Translations under genes and position numbers: made by a program
NCBI GenBank assembly: GCA_964628025.1
Contig: CAZVLL010000005.1
Span: 667 to 64,666 of the forward strand
DNA: 64,000 nucleotides
DNA from: an uncultured Syntrophaceae bacterium
GTDB taxonomy: Bacteria > Desulfobacterota > Syntrophia > Syntrophales > UBA2192
Direction: 5' to 3'
In this document: positions 9,227 to 17,213 of the stretch, one piece after another
How positions within the stretch are numbered: position 1 is the stretch's first letter
Layout of the letters: each line of letters begins with the position of its first letter
Notes under the pieces: generated by a model
Databases searched by the model: none
Told to the model about the DNA's origin: nothing
Seen by the model: only the letters and a program-made list of their open reading frames with translations

Positions 9227-11011
9227 ATGGCAAAAATACGAGTTACCCTGAACGGCCGTGAGGTCCTTGCGCCGCTGGGCGTCACGATTCTCCAGGCCGC
9301 CAATGAGGCGGGCATCGAAATCCCGACGCTCTGTCACCATCGAGCGTTGGTGCCGATCGGCGCCTGCCGGATATGCGTCGTCGAAATCAAAGGACAGCGG
9401 AACCTCCAGGCGGCATGCGCGTTCCCGATTTCGGAAGGAATGGAAATCGAGACGGAGTCGCCGAAGGTGGTGGCCGCCCGGAAACTGATTCTCGACATGC
9501 TCTTTTCCGAGCGAAACCATTACTGTCCGTTCTGCGAGATCAGCGGCGACTGTGAACTGCAGAATCTCGGGTACCGCTACGGAATCGACCACTGGGTGTA
9601 CCCGACCTACACGCAGGCATTCCCGGTGGATGCCACGCGCAAGTACTTCGTCATGGAACAGAACCGCTGCGTGCTCTGCCAGCGATGCGCCCGCGCCTGC
9701 GGCGAGCTGGTGGCCAACCACACGCTGGGGCTGCGGGAGCGGGGCGCCGGATCCATGATCCACGCCGACGCCGCCGTGCCCTTCGGCGAATCGACCTGTA
9801 TCTCCTGCGGCACCTGCATGCAGGTCTGCCCCACAGGCTCTCTTGTCGACCGGCGAAGCTCCTTCATGGGCCGCGGCGACCAGACGCAGCGCGTCAAGAG
9901 CACCTGCAACAAGTGCAGCGTCGGATGCGGCACGGAGATCGTGACGCGGGGCGGAAACGTCCTCCGTATCGAGGGAGACTGGGATGCAGCGGTGAACGGA
10001 GGCCTGCTCTGCAAGCACGGCCGGTTCGACCCGCTCTACGATGATCGAAAGCGCATCACCCAGCCTCTGCTTCGCAGGAAAGGAAAGCTGGAACCGGTAA
10101 GCTGGAACGATGCCATGCGGGCGGTGGTCAAGCAGCTCGGTGACGCCGAGGCCAAGGAGGTCGGGGTGCTCGTTTCGAGCGACGCGACCAACGAAGCGCT
10201 GTACCTGGTGGATCAGCTGTTCCGGAAAGAACTCCGCACGAAAAATATCGGGATGCCGTTCGTGGCCGCTCCCGATCTGCTCGGCAAGAAACAGGGCACC
10301 TTAGACGATCTCGCCGGAAGCGACCTGATTCTTCTGGCCGGGGCCGACCCCGCCAAGGGTCAGCCTGTCGCGGCCTTCCGGGTCAAGCGCCTCGTAGACA
10401 AGGGAGCAAGGCTGGTCGTCGTCGACGACGGAGAAAACGGGCTCGCCCCCTTTGCCGAGACGGCCCTGAAGATGGCGGACATCGACAAGGCCGTTGAGAT
10501 GGCCGACCACACCGAGCATCCCGTCGTGCTTTACGGAACGGGCATTACCGACAAGGCAGCCAAGACCCTCAAGAAACTAGGAAAGAAAGCGCGCTTCGTC
10601 GCGCTCGAGCCGGGCATCAACACCCGGGCGGCCGTGGCATTTGGGTTGAACAACGGACTCAAGGCATCGACCGCCAAGGTCCTCTATGTACTCCTGGGCG
10701 AAAAGGATTTAGACGGCGGTGAGATGCTGACGCAAATCGGTGAGGATGCCTTCGTTATCGTGCAGGCCAGCTACGCGTCGCCGCTTCTGGACAAGGCGGA
10801 CGTGATCCTCCCCGTGGCGATCTGGTCGGAGCGTCCCGGATCGCTCATCAACACCGAGGGAGTTCTCCGGATGGCCAACCAGGCCGTGGATCCCGCGGGA
10901 GAGGCCAAGCCGGACTGGGAAATCCTCTCCCTGCTGGCCGACAAACTGGGCAAACATCTCGGCGCATCCTTCGCTGACATCTCGGCCCGCGCCGCCAAGG
11001 AACTTAAGTGA
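9227..11011 (+). CDS. NuoG/HoxU-like Fe-S subunit with C-terminal degenerate molybdopterin-oxidoreductase-like domain
   Basis: 594 aa. It carries an N-terminal [2Fe-2S] (LCHHRALVPIGACRICVVE), 4Fe-4S motifs (CVLCQRCARAC, CISCGTCMQVCP) and a MopB-type cluster (CNKCSVGCG...LCKHGRF). It lacks the CAR-L-U/C-H active-site motif present in the FdhA of this same window. Confidence 0.8.
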   Translation: MAKIRVTLNGREVLAPLGVTILQAANEAGIEIPTLCHHRALVPIGACRICVVEIKGQRNLQAACAFPISEGMEIETESPKVVAARKLILDMLFSERNHYCPFCEISGDCELQNLGYRYGIDHWVYPTYTQAFPVDATRKYFVMEQNRCVLCQRCARACGELVANHTLGLRERGAGSMIHADAAVPFGESTCISCGTCMQVCPTGSLVDRRSSFMGRGDQTQRVKSTCNKCSVGCGTEIVTRGGNVLRIEGDWDAAVNGGLLCKHGRFDPLYDDRKRITQPLLRRKGKLEPVSWNDAMRAVVKQLGDAEAKEVGVLVSSDATNEALYLVDQLFRKELRTKNIGMPFVAAPDLLGKKQGTLDDLAGSDLILLAGADPAKGQPVAAFRVKRLVDKGARLVVVDDGENGLAPFAETALKMADIDKAVEMADHTEHPVVLYGTGITDKAAKTLKKLGKKARFVALEPGINTRAAVAFGLNNGLKASTAKVLYVLLGEKDLDGGEMLTQIGEDAFVIVQASYASPLLDKADVILPVAIWSERPGSLINTEGVLRMANQAVDPAGEAKPDWEILSLLADKLGKHLGASFADISARAAKELK

Positions 11012-11025
11012 AAGGAGACTCTTCC

Positions 11026-11571
11026 ATGTCAAAGATCAAGATCGCCACTGACTGGCTGGCCGGCTGCGCCGGATGCCACATGTCCCTTCTGGACATTGAC
11101 GACCGCATCCTCCCGCTGCTGGAGTTGGTGGAATTTACATCAAGCCCGGTGACGGACCTGAAGCACCCGCCGAAAGAAGGCGTGACCGTGGGAATCCTAG
11201 AGGGCGCCATCTGCAATTCGCACAACATCGAGGTGGCCAAACAGATGCGCGAACGCTGCCAGATCCTCATCGCCATCGGCGACTGCGCCACCTTTGGCGG
11301 AGTCCCGGCTATGCGCAACCTCTGCGGCACGCAGGAAGCCCTGAAGCGCGCGTACCTGGAAGCGGAAAGCAATGTGGGCGGCCTGATCCCCGACTCCCCG
11401 GAACTCGGGATACCCCTCGACGAGGTCGTCGGCATCGACAAGGTGGTGAAGGTCGATCTGTTCATCCCCGGCTGCCCCCCGAGCGCCGATGCGCTGTTCT
11501 ATGCGCTCTCGGAACTGCTCGCCGGGCGTACGCCCATCGTTCTGCCGCCCCAATATTTCAAGTACGACTAG
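11026..11571 (+). CDS. [NiFe]-hydrogenase small subunit, cytoplasmic group-3 type
   Basis: ATG at 11026 follows AAAGGAGAC. WLAGCAGCHMS...IGDCATFGG...FIPGCPP are the proximal-cluster Cys motifs of short, signal-peptide-less group-3 small subunits. Confidence 0.8.
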   Translation: MSKIKIATDWLAGCAGCHMSLLDIDDRILPLLELVEFTSSPVTDLKHPPKEGVTVGILEGAICNSHNIEVAKQMRERCQILIAIGDCATFGGVPAMRNLCGTQEALKRAYLEAESNVGGLIPDSPELGIPLDEVVGIDKVVKVDLFIPGCPPSADALFYALSELLAGRTPIVLPPQYFKYD

Positions 11572-11583
11572 AGGAGGACAGCC

Positions 11584-13014
11584 ATGAGCGCTCGCAAGAT
11601 AACCATCGAACCCGTGACGAGAATCGAAGGCCACGGGCGGGTCACGATTCATCTGAACGAACAGGGGGATGTCGATCAGACCTTCTTCCATGTGGACGAG
11701 TTCCGCGGTCTGGAGAAATTTTCCGAGGGGCGCCCCTATCTCGAAATGCCCCAGATCACCCAGCGCATCTGCGGCATCTGCCCCGTCAGCCACCACCTGG
11801 CAGCCGCCAAGGCCTGCGACGGCGTGGCACGCGTGGAGCCCACCCGGCCGGCAACGCTTTTGCGCGAGCTGATCCACATGGGCCAGTTCATCCAGTCCCA
11901 CGGGATGCATTTCTTCCACCTGGCCGCGCCGGATCTTCTCCTGGGCTTTGACGCCGACCCGGCGACACGCAACGTCTTCGGAATCATCAAGGCCAACCCG
12001 GAGCTGGCCGTCAAGGCCGTGCACCTTCGCCGTTTCGGACAGCAGATCATTTCGCGGCTCGGGGGCGGCAAACGCGTCCATCCCAATCTCTGCGTCCCCG
12101 GCGGGGTCAACGCCCCTCTCACCTCTGAGGACCGCGACGCCATCGCCGCCGAGCTCGACGGCATGACCGAGATCGGAAAGGTCGCACTCAGCATCGCGCG
12201 GGGCTGGCTGGAGTCCAACCGGGAGCTCGCCGATACCTTTGCCGCGTTCCCGTCCAACTACATGGGGCTCGTCGACGAGGAAGGGGGCCTGCAGCTTTAC
12301 GACGGAGAGATCCGCATCAAAGACGCCGAGGGGAAATACCTCGCCCAGTTCAGGACGGATGCCTACCTGTCCCACATCGCCGAACACGTGGAGCCCTGGT
12401 CATTCCTCAAGCACCCCTACTACCGCAAGCAGGGATTCCCGCAGGGCTTCTACCGCGTCGGCCCGCTGGGGCGGATGAACGTGATCGACAAGATCGGCAC
12501 ACCTCTGGCCAACGAGGAGTTCAAGCAATTCAGGACGCTCAACGGCGGCAGGCCCGTCGAAGGGTCTCTTTACTACCACTACGCCCGGATGATCGAGCTG
12601 CTCTACAGCCTCGAGCGCGTCGGCCAGCTGCTGGACGACCCGGATATCCTCTCCAGGGATGTCCGCAATTATCCGAAGCTGCAGCTTCCCGGACAGGGAG
12701 TCGGCGTGATTGAAGCGCCCCGGGGGACCCTGATCCACGACTACAGCACCGATGAAAACGGCATTCTGACGAGGGTGAACCTCATCGTGGCCACGGGCAA
12801 CAACAACTGGGCCATGCACACGGCGTCGGGCTCCGTGGCAAAGGCCTTCGTAAAGGGCAACTCGCTCACGGAAGGCATGCTCAACCGCGTCGAGGCGGCC
12901 ATCCGCTGCTACGATCCGTGCCTGTCCTGCGCGACCCATGCCATAGGCAAGATGCCGCTGGACGTCACGCTCATCGCTGCCGACGGGACCGTGCTGGACC
13001 GCGTCTCACGCTAG
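11584..13014 (+). CDS. [NiFe]-hydrogenase large subunit, group 3
   Basis: 476 aa. It has the N-terminal RICGICPVSH and C-terminal DPCLSCATH Ni-Fe ligand motifs, followed by a C-terminal extension for endopeptidase processing. Confidence 0.9.
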   Translation: MSARKITIEPVTRIEGHGRVTIHLNEQGDVDQTFFHVDEFRGLEKFSEGRPYLEMPQITQRICGICPVSHHLAAAKACDGVARVEPTRPATLLRELIHMGQFIQSHGMHFFHLAAPDLLLGFDADPATRNVFGIIKANPELAVKAVHLRRFGQQIISRLGGGKRVHPNLCVPGGVNAPLTSEDRDAIAAELDGMTEIGKVALSIARGWLESNRELADTFAAFPSNYMGLVDEEGGLQLYDGEIRIKDAEGKYLAQFRTDAYLSHIAEHVEPWSFLKHPYYRKQGFPQGFYRVGPLGRMNVIDKIGTPLANEEFKQFRTLNGGRPVEGSLYYHYARMIELLYSLERVGQLLDDPDILSRDVRNYPKLQLPGQGVGVIEAPRGTLIHDYSTDENGILTRVNLIVATGNNNWAMHTASGSVAKAFVKGNSLTEGMLNRVEAAIRCYDPCLSCATHAIGKMPLDVTLIAADGTVLDRVSR

Positions 13015-13041
13015 ATATACCAAGACGGAATGGCCAATAGA

Positions 13042-13076
13042 AAGCGGGTGAGCGCAACGCGTTCACCCGCTTCTTA
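13042..13076 (+). terminator. hairpin between large subunit and protease genes (possible attenuator/partial terminator)
   Basis: The stem AAGCGGGTGA...TCACCCGCTT is followed by a short T-containing tail. The T-tract is weak. Confidence 0.3.
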
Positions 13077-13101
13077 ATTCTGATATCCCGGAAACACCCC
13101 G

Positions 13102-13587
13102 ATGAAACGGACACTGGTGATAGGGTTCGGAAACGTGGACCGCGCTGACGACGGCGTCGCCTTCCACATCGTCAATGCCTTCCGGCATCAGCTGGGGCAG
13201 GAACCGCTCAAAGAAGACAAAACGGGCCTCGAGGAACTCGGCGCAGCGGTGGACTCCGTCTTCATCGGCCAGCTCGTGCCGGAGATGATCGATCTGCTTG
13301 ACGACTACGAACGGGTCGTTTTCGTGGATGCCCATGTCGATCCGGCCATGAACGATCTTTACTGCGCATCCGTCTCGCCCGACGAGGCCGGCCTGACCTT
13401 CACCCACCACATGAGCCCGGCCACGCTTCTTGCCTTTTTCAAGGCCCTCCATGGCCGCGACATTGATGGCCACCTCGTGTCCATCCGCGGTCGCGATTTC
13501 GACTTCCACCGCAATCTCTCCGCTGACACGATTGCGCTCATAGAGCCGGCTGTCGAACGGATCCTGGAACTCACCTCTGCCTCATGA
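13102..13587 (+). CDS. hydrogenase maturation endopeptidase (HoxW/HybD family)
   Basis: 161 aa. The N-terminal LVIGFGNVDRADDGVAFHIV matches the GxGNxxxxDDGxG family signature. It sits downstream of the large subunit. Confidence 0.8.
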   Translation: MKRTLVIGFGNVDRADDGVAFHIVNAFRHQLGQEPLKEDKTGLEELGAAVDSVFIGQLVPEMIDLLDDYERVVFVDAHVDPAMNDLYCASVSPDEAGLTFTHHMSPATLLAFFKALHGRDIDGHLVSIRGRDFDFHRNLSADTIALIEPAVERILELTSAS

Positions 13588-13805
13588 CTGCGGCCGCCCT
13601 TTATCTTGTGTGAATTTATTACCCATCCGCCCGAGAATTATCTTCTCTCTGTCCCTGCGTTGCTTCCTTGATCTTGATTTTGAACGTCGAGTCGTAGACC
13701 GTGTACGTGCCTGCAGCTCCGGCCATGACAAGCGTGGCCGTCCGTATAGGAAGACAGATAAAGAGGGCAGAGCCGGCAACGGCTCTGCCCTGACAGGCAC
13801 GGTTC

Positions 13806-13844
13806 GACGGGCACTCTTCTCAAGGACGGGCACTCTTCTCAAGG
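13806..13844. repeat. perfect 19-bp tandem duplication (ACGGGCACTCTTCTCAAGG x2) at the 3' end of the Hcp-like gene
   Basis: Units at 13807-13825 and 13826-13844 are identical. The stop codon of the minus-strand gene (13820-13822) lies inside the first unit. Confidence 0.9.
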
Positions 13845-14383
13845 GCAGTCGGCCCGCCCGTCCATATCCATTCGGCGCCCTCGTAGGTGAACGAGACCTG
13901 TTCGTAGGTCTCCAGTTTCACTTGATCCGGAATTCTCACGTTCGGCATGACGGTTTTGATCGAAACGATTCGTGCGCTTGTGAGCTTTACCGTATAATTT
14001 TGAACTTCTGTGCCTCCGCCACCGGCCGCACCGCCTACATTCGGAGCCCAGAATTTAATGGTCGCGTCCGGGATGAGCTCGTTATTGAGCAACATCGTCC
14101 GGAGCACCGGCGACGATTTGTCGATCTCCTTCGTGATGGTGATCTGACCGGAACGCAGGCGCCCCGTCGTCATGCCCGTTGCTGCATCTGTTGCGATCCT
14201 CGACTCCTGATCGAATGCGATAACCCCGATGGAGCCCTCTCTTCCCTTCTGCGTGACACCGCCATAAACAGGCCCCGTTTTCTGCCCTTTGACGTAAAGG
14301 TTTGCCATGATTGCAGCGCTGGCAAGGGCTGTAAACACGAACGTAAATGTGACGACGAACACGACAATGGCTTTTTTCCGCAT
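13820..14383 (-). CDS. Hcp (TssD)-like protein carrying an N-terminal Sec-type signal peptide
   Basis: 187 aa. It is collinear with enterobacterial Hcp/TssD as recalled from memory: REGSIGVIAF, TGMTTGR...ITITKEIDKSSPVL, KFW, YTVKLTSARIVSIKTVMPN, ETYEQVSFTYEGAEWIW. The N-terminus MRKKAIVVFVVTFTFVFTALASAAIMA looks like a signal peptide. Confidence 0.7.
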   Translation of the reverse strand: MRKKAIVVFVVTFTFVFTALASAAIMANLYVKGQKTGPVYGGVTQKGREGSIGVIAFDQESRIATDAATGMTTGRLRSGQITITKEIDKSSPVLRTMLLNNELIPDATIKFWAPNVGGAAGGGGTEVQNYTVKLTSARIVSIKTVMPNVRIPDQVKLETYEQVSFTYEGAEWIWTGGPTALEKSARP

Positions 14384-14490
14384 GCAGGCCTCCTTTGCCT
14401 ATGAATTTGCATGATGAATGCTGTCTTATCCGTTCCGCTTCTTCAGGGTGCCGGTATATCCCTCTCTCTGCAGAAGTGATTGCTTAGGAA

Positions 14491-15747
14491 TCAGAACAGT
14501 CCCTTGAGTTTGTTCAGTGTCCCCTTGATGGTCTCGGTGGCCCCGCCGCTCTCCTCACTGGCCGGTTGATCGCCCCGCTTCTGCCGGCTTTCTTTTGACC
14601 TGCCGCCTTCCTTCATTTCCTCCATTCCAAGCGGGAGCATTCCGGTAGACTTGTTCCTCAGCTTCATGGCCCAGATATAGTCATGAGGCTTGGTCGAGTC
14701 TTTTGGCTTTGGCGGATAGGCGATGTTCAACTCATCGCCGTAGCCGATGAACTGCAGCACTGCCCCTTTTCCGTCCTTGAATATGCCCCTGGGTACCGAA
14801 CAGCTTGTTACCTCGGGCCCCATAACCACCTTCTCCCTGATGAACCTGCTGACATCTGCCGGGGAGAGATAGTTTATCAGGCCGAAGCCTGGATCCTGAA
14901 CCTCGCTGGACGACCAGATGATGGTCTCGCCGGTCTGCTCGTTATGGCCCATCGCCACGGAAAAATAGCCGATTGCCGTGGGGATCTTCTTCCACTGGAA
15001 TGCGATACTTTCTGTCAACCCTCCCTTGACGGCGGTAAATTCAACAGGCGCCATGAAGTCATGCCTCTCGCCAACGGCGAATTTAATATCCGGGGTGTAA
15101 TTGCCGTGGATGAAGTGGCTTCCCAGTAAGGAACTGCTTTTCGGCACACTCTGCTGATCGCTCTTGTTGGGCCATTCCGAATAGGCCCATCCTGTCCTCG
15201 GGGATGGTGGAACCTGACCCGACCCGGAGCGGCCCGCCATGGCCTTTCCGAATTCGATCATGCTCATCTTCTCGGTGTCAAGGACCCTCGGTTGTCCCGG
15301 TCGCACCGTCTCGCTGCACCCCCAGTAAAAGAGCATGCGCACCTTGGGTTTTTCCACCTCTCGGTCTGACCCTTCTCCACTGCGCACCGGCTTTTCACGC
15401 TCGGGAATCAGAAGAGGCAGGGTCTTGCCCATATCCAGGCCGGGAGGGATGTCGTGGGTTGCTTCCGGGGCTGCCGGGGGAGTGCCCGGTGCACTGAGTT
15501 GCAAAAGGAGGCTTCTCTTCGGCCCCATTCCCCCGGGCATCATTTTTCCCATGAGCATTCCCTGCATTCCCGTCATTTCTCCCTGCGGCATGCCTGGAAT
15601 ACTTGTATTTTGTATTGCAACACTCACCCAGTACTGGGTTACAGGTTTTTTTTGCTCTTTCTCCGCCGCGCTCACAAGCGAAACAGAAAAGAAAAGAATC
15701 ATTGCCAGAATCGTGCAGCACGATTTTGAGAGAAGAGTCATGTCCAC
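14491..15747 (-). CDS. secreted hypothetical protein with Met/Gly/Pro-rich N-terminal region
   Basis: 418 aa. It has a signal peptide (ILAMILFFSVSLVSAAEK), then IPGMPQGEMTGMQGMLMGKMMPGGMGP, and a basic/acidic tail. No family was recognised. Confidence 0.6.
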   Translation of the reverse strand: MDMTLLSKSCCTILAMILFFSVSLVSAAEKEQKKPVTQYWVSVAIQNTSIPGMPQGEMTGMQGMLMGKMMPGGMGPKRSLLLQLSAPGTPPAAPEATHDIPPGLDMGKTLPLLIPEREKPVRSGEGSDREVEKPKVRMLFYWGCSETVRPGQPRVLDTEKMSMIEFGKAMAGRSGSGQVPPSPRTGWAYSEWPNKSDQQSVPKSSSLLGSHFIHGNYTPDIKFAVGERHDFMAPVEFTAVKGGLTESIAFQWKKIPTAIGYFSVAMGHNEQTGETIIWSSSEVQDPGFGLINYLSPADVSRFIREKVVMGPEVTSCSVPRGIFKDGKGAVLQFIGYGDELNIAYPPKPKDSTKPHDYIWAMKLRNKSTGMLPLGMEEMKEGGRSKESRQKRGDQPASEESGGATETIKGTLNKLKGLF

Positions 15748-15880
15748 TTCACCTCCATGAGTAGTCTTTGAATCCCTGACCGGTTATGACGCAAAGGATG
15801 CAACCGTGAACTGCGGCAGAACAGGATTTTCTTGTTTCTCGTTTGCTCGTCTGAGACGATGAACACTCTTTTAATCGACC

Positions 15881-15909
15881 TTGACACGCAATTTTCTTTA
15901 TTCTATCTT
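15881..15909 (+). promoter_or_regulatory. candidate sigma70-type promoter of the + strand secreted-protein operon
   Basis: TTGACA (15881-15886), a 17-nt spacer, then TATCTT (15904-15909), within the AT-rich divergent intergenic region. Confidence 0.3.
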
Positions 15910-15973
15910 TACCTCCAAAACAAGACAATAATAATAAAGCATACACGTCAAGTCTGCTGAAAACAGGATTCGC

Positions 15974-17152
15974 ATGAGGCATCCACATTCTCGTTTGCGT
16001 CGGTTTTCTTGTTCAATTTTCATGTTGCTCCTGAGTGTCGGTCTGCTTTCACATCCTGTGTCGACAACAGATGTCAGGGCACAGTGGCCGCCTCCCCAGG
16101 ACGCTGCTGCACAAAATCCCCAGGATGTTCCCTCTCAACCGTATCCATCCGGTGAGACCGTCCCTCCCTCCATGCAGTCTCCCACGCAGTCTCAGTCGCC
16201 GATCCAATCGCCACTGAAACAGCAAAGCCAGAAAAGAGGGCAGTCACAGCAACAACAACAGGGCATGCCTTCCGCACCGGGATACCCGCAGGCTTCCCCC
16301 GGTTATCCGCAAGCGGCCCCGATGCAGGGCCCTCAGCAACCGCAGACGAGCTACCCTCAGGGAGCACAAGGGGGAAGTCAGTGGGGCCAGCAGCAACAGT
16401 CGCCTTACCCCCAGGGACCGGCCCAGGGCGGTCAACAGCAGCAGATGATTTACCCGCAGGGAGCAACTGTGCCGGGGAATGTTCCCATGCAGACCGACGC
16501 CTGGGGTCAACCCGTTCCGACGCAGGGTGGCCAGCAGCAGACGGGCTACCCGCAAGGAGTGCAAGGAGGTCAGTGGGGCCAGCAGCAGCAACAGCCGCCT
16601 TACCCCCAGGGACCGGCCCAGGGCGGTCAACAGCAGCAGATGATTTACCCGCAGGGAGCAACTGTGCCGGGGAATGTTCCCATGCAGACCGACGCCTGGG
16701 GTCAACCCGTTCCGATGCAGGGTGGCCAGGTTCCACAGCCCGGGGTTTATCCGCAAGCACAGCCTGGACAGCCGGGGATGATGCCACAGCCCGCCATGCC
16801 TGCCGCCGCACCCCAGGGCTGCAATGTCCAACTCAGCCAGGACCGTCAGACCGTGATTTTGAAGGACTCTGCGGGTCAGGACAGAGATCACATATCGCTG
16901 GGTGAGGACCGCGTTCAGAAGATTTTCAAATCAAAAGAAGGCAGCTGGTCTTTCGTCGTTTTCAAGGTCAGGCGCGTGGAGCAATTCGGAGCTTTTGCCA
17001 TCGACCTGTCCAGTTGCCAGGCGCAGGACCTCGTCGAGATATCGGCGGTGCCGACAGATGCGGCCTTCGAGGGAGAGGACATTCTCCTGACTTTTTCGGG
17101 AGGGAAGACAACACGGCTCAAGCTCGTGAACAGAGTCATCGTCGAGAAGTAG
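15974..17152 (+). CDS. secreted Q/P/G/Y-rich (prion-like, low-complexity) repeat protein with a globular C-terminal domain
   Basis: 392 aa. A signal-like N-terminus (FMLLLSVGLLSHPVS) is followed by about 240 aa of YPQG/QGGQQQQ-type repeats. An ordinary-composition C-terminal domain begins at CNVQLSQDRQTVILKD. Confidence 0.7.
   Translation: MRHPHSRLRRFSCSIFMLLLSVGLLSHPVSTTDVRAQWPPPQDAAAQNPQDVPSQPYPSGETVPPSMQSPTQSQSPIQSPLKQQSQKRGQSQQQQQGMPSAPGYPQASPGYPQAAPMQGPQQPQTSYPQGAQGGSQWGQQQQSPYPQGPAQGGQQQQMIYPQGATVPGNVPMQTDAWGQPVPTQGGQQQTGYPQGVQGGQWGQQQQQPPYPQGPAQGGQQQQMIYPQGATVPGNVPMQTDAWGQPVPMQGGQVPQPGVYPQAQPGQPGMMPQPAMPAAAPQGCNVQLSQDRQTVILKDSAGQDRDHISLGEDRVQKIFKSKEGSWSFVVFKVRRVEQFGAFAIDLSSCQAQDLVEISAVPTDAAFEGEDILLTFSGGKTTRLKLVNRVIVEK
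16381..16729 (+). repeat. tandem duplication (period ~192-195 bp) inside the Q-rich gene
   Basis: 16402-16520 is identical to 16597-16715 (119 nt). After a single mismatch, identity resumes through GCAGGGTGGCCAG. The block encodes PYPQGPAQGGQQQQMIYPQGATVPGNVPMQTDAWGQPVP twice. Confidence 0.9.
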
Positions 17153-17213
17153 CCGTGATTCGTGATCGGTGGCAATCAAAACGCACAAGCATCGATGGAG
17201 GAGTAACGATTCA

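Noticed and set aside
6613-9315. 363-aa and 520-aa minus-strand ORFs (6613-7704, 7753-9315)
   Set aside because: Both lie antisense to the NuoF::GltD gene, whose cofactor motifs are unambiguous. Their translations are low-complexity (R/A/G/D/H-rich).
9032-12939. Several 100-400-aa ORFs opposite or out of frame with the NuoG-like and NiFe subunit genes (e.g. 9032-10018, 11197-12387, 12400-12939)
   Set aside because: These are shadow ORFs of confidently assigned hydrogenase genes. They have no RBS context and a biased composition.
13582-14404. ORFs 13582-13842 (-) and 13610-14404 (+)
   Set aside because: 13610-14404 is antisense to the Hcp-like gene. 13582-13842 is an R/S/K-rich continuation frame that would be relevant only if the 19-bp duplication were absent, as discussed in the findings.
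16035-16905. Multiple 170-245-aa ORFs in other frames or strands of the Q-rich repeat region
   Set aside because: Repeat DNA keeps all frames open. Only the 15974-17152 frame has a signal peptide, an RBS-compatible start and a non-repetitive C-terminal domain.
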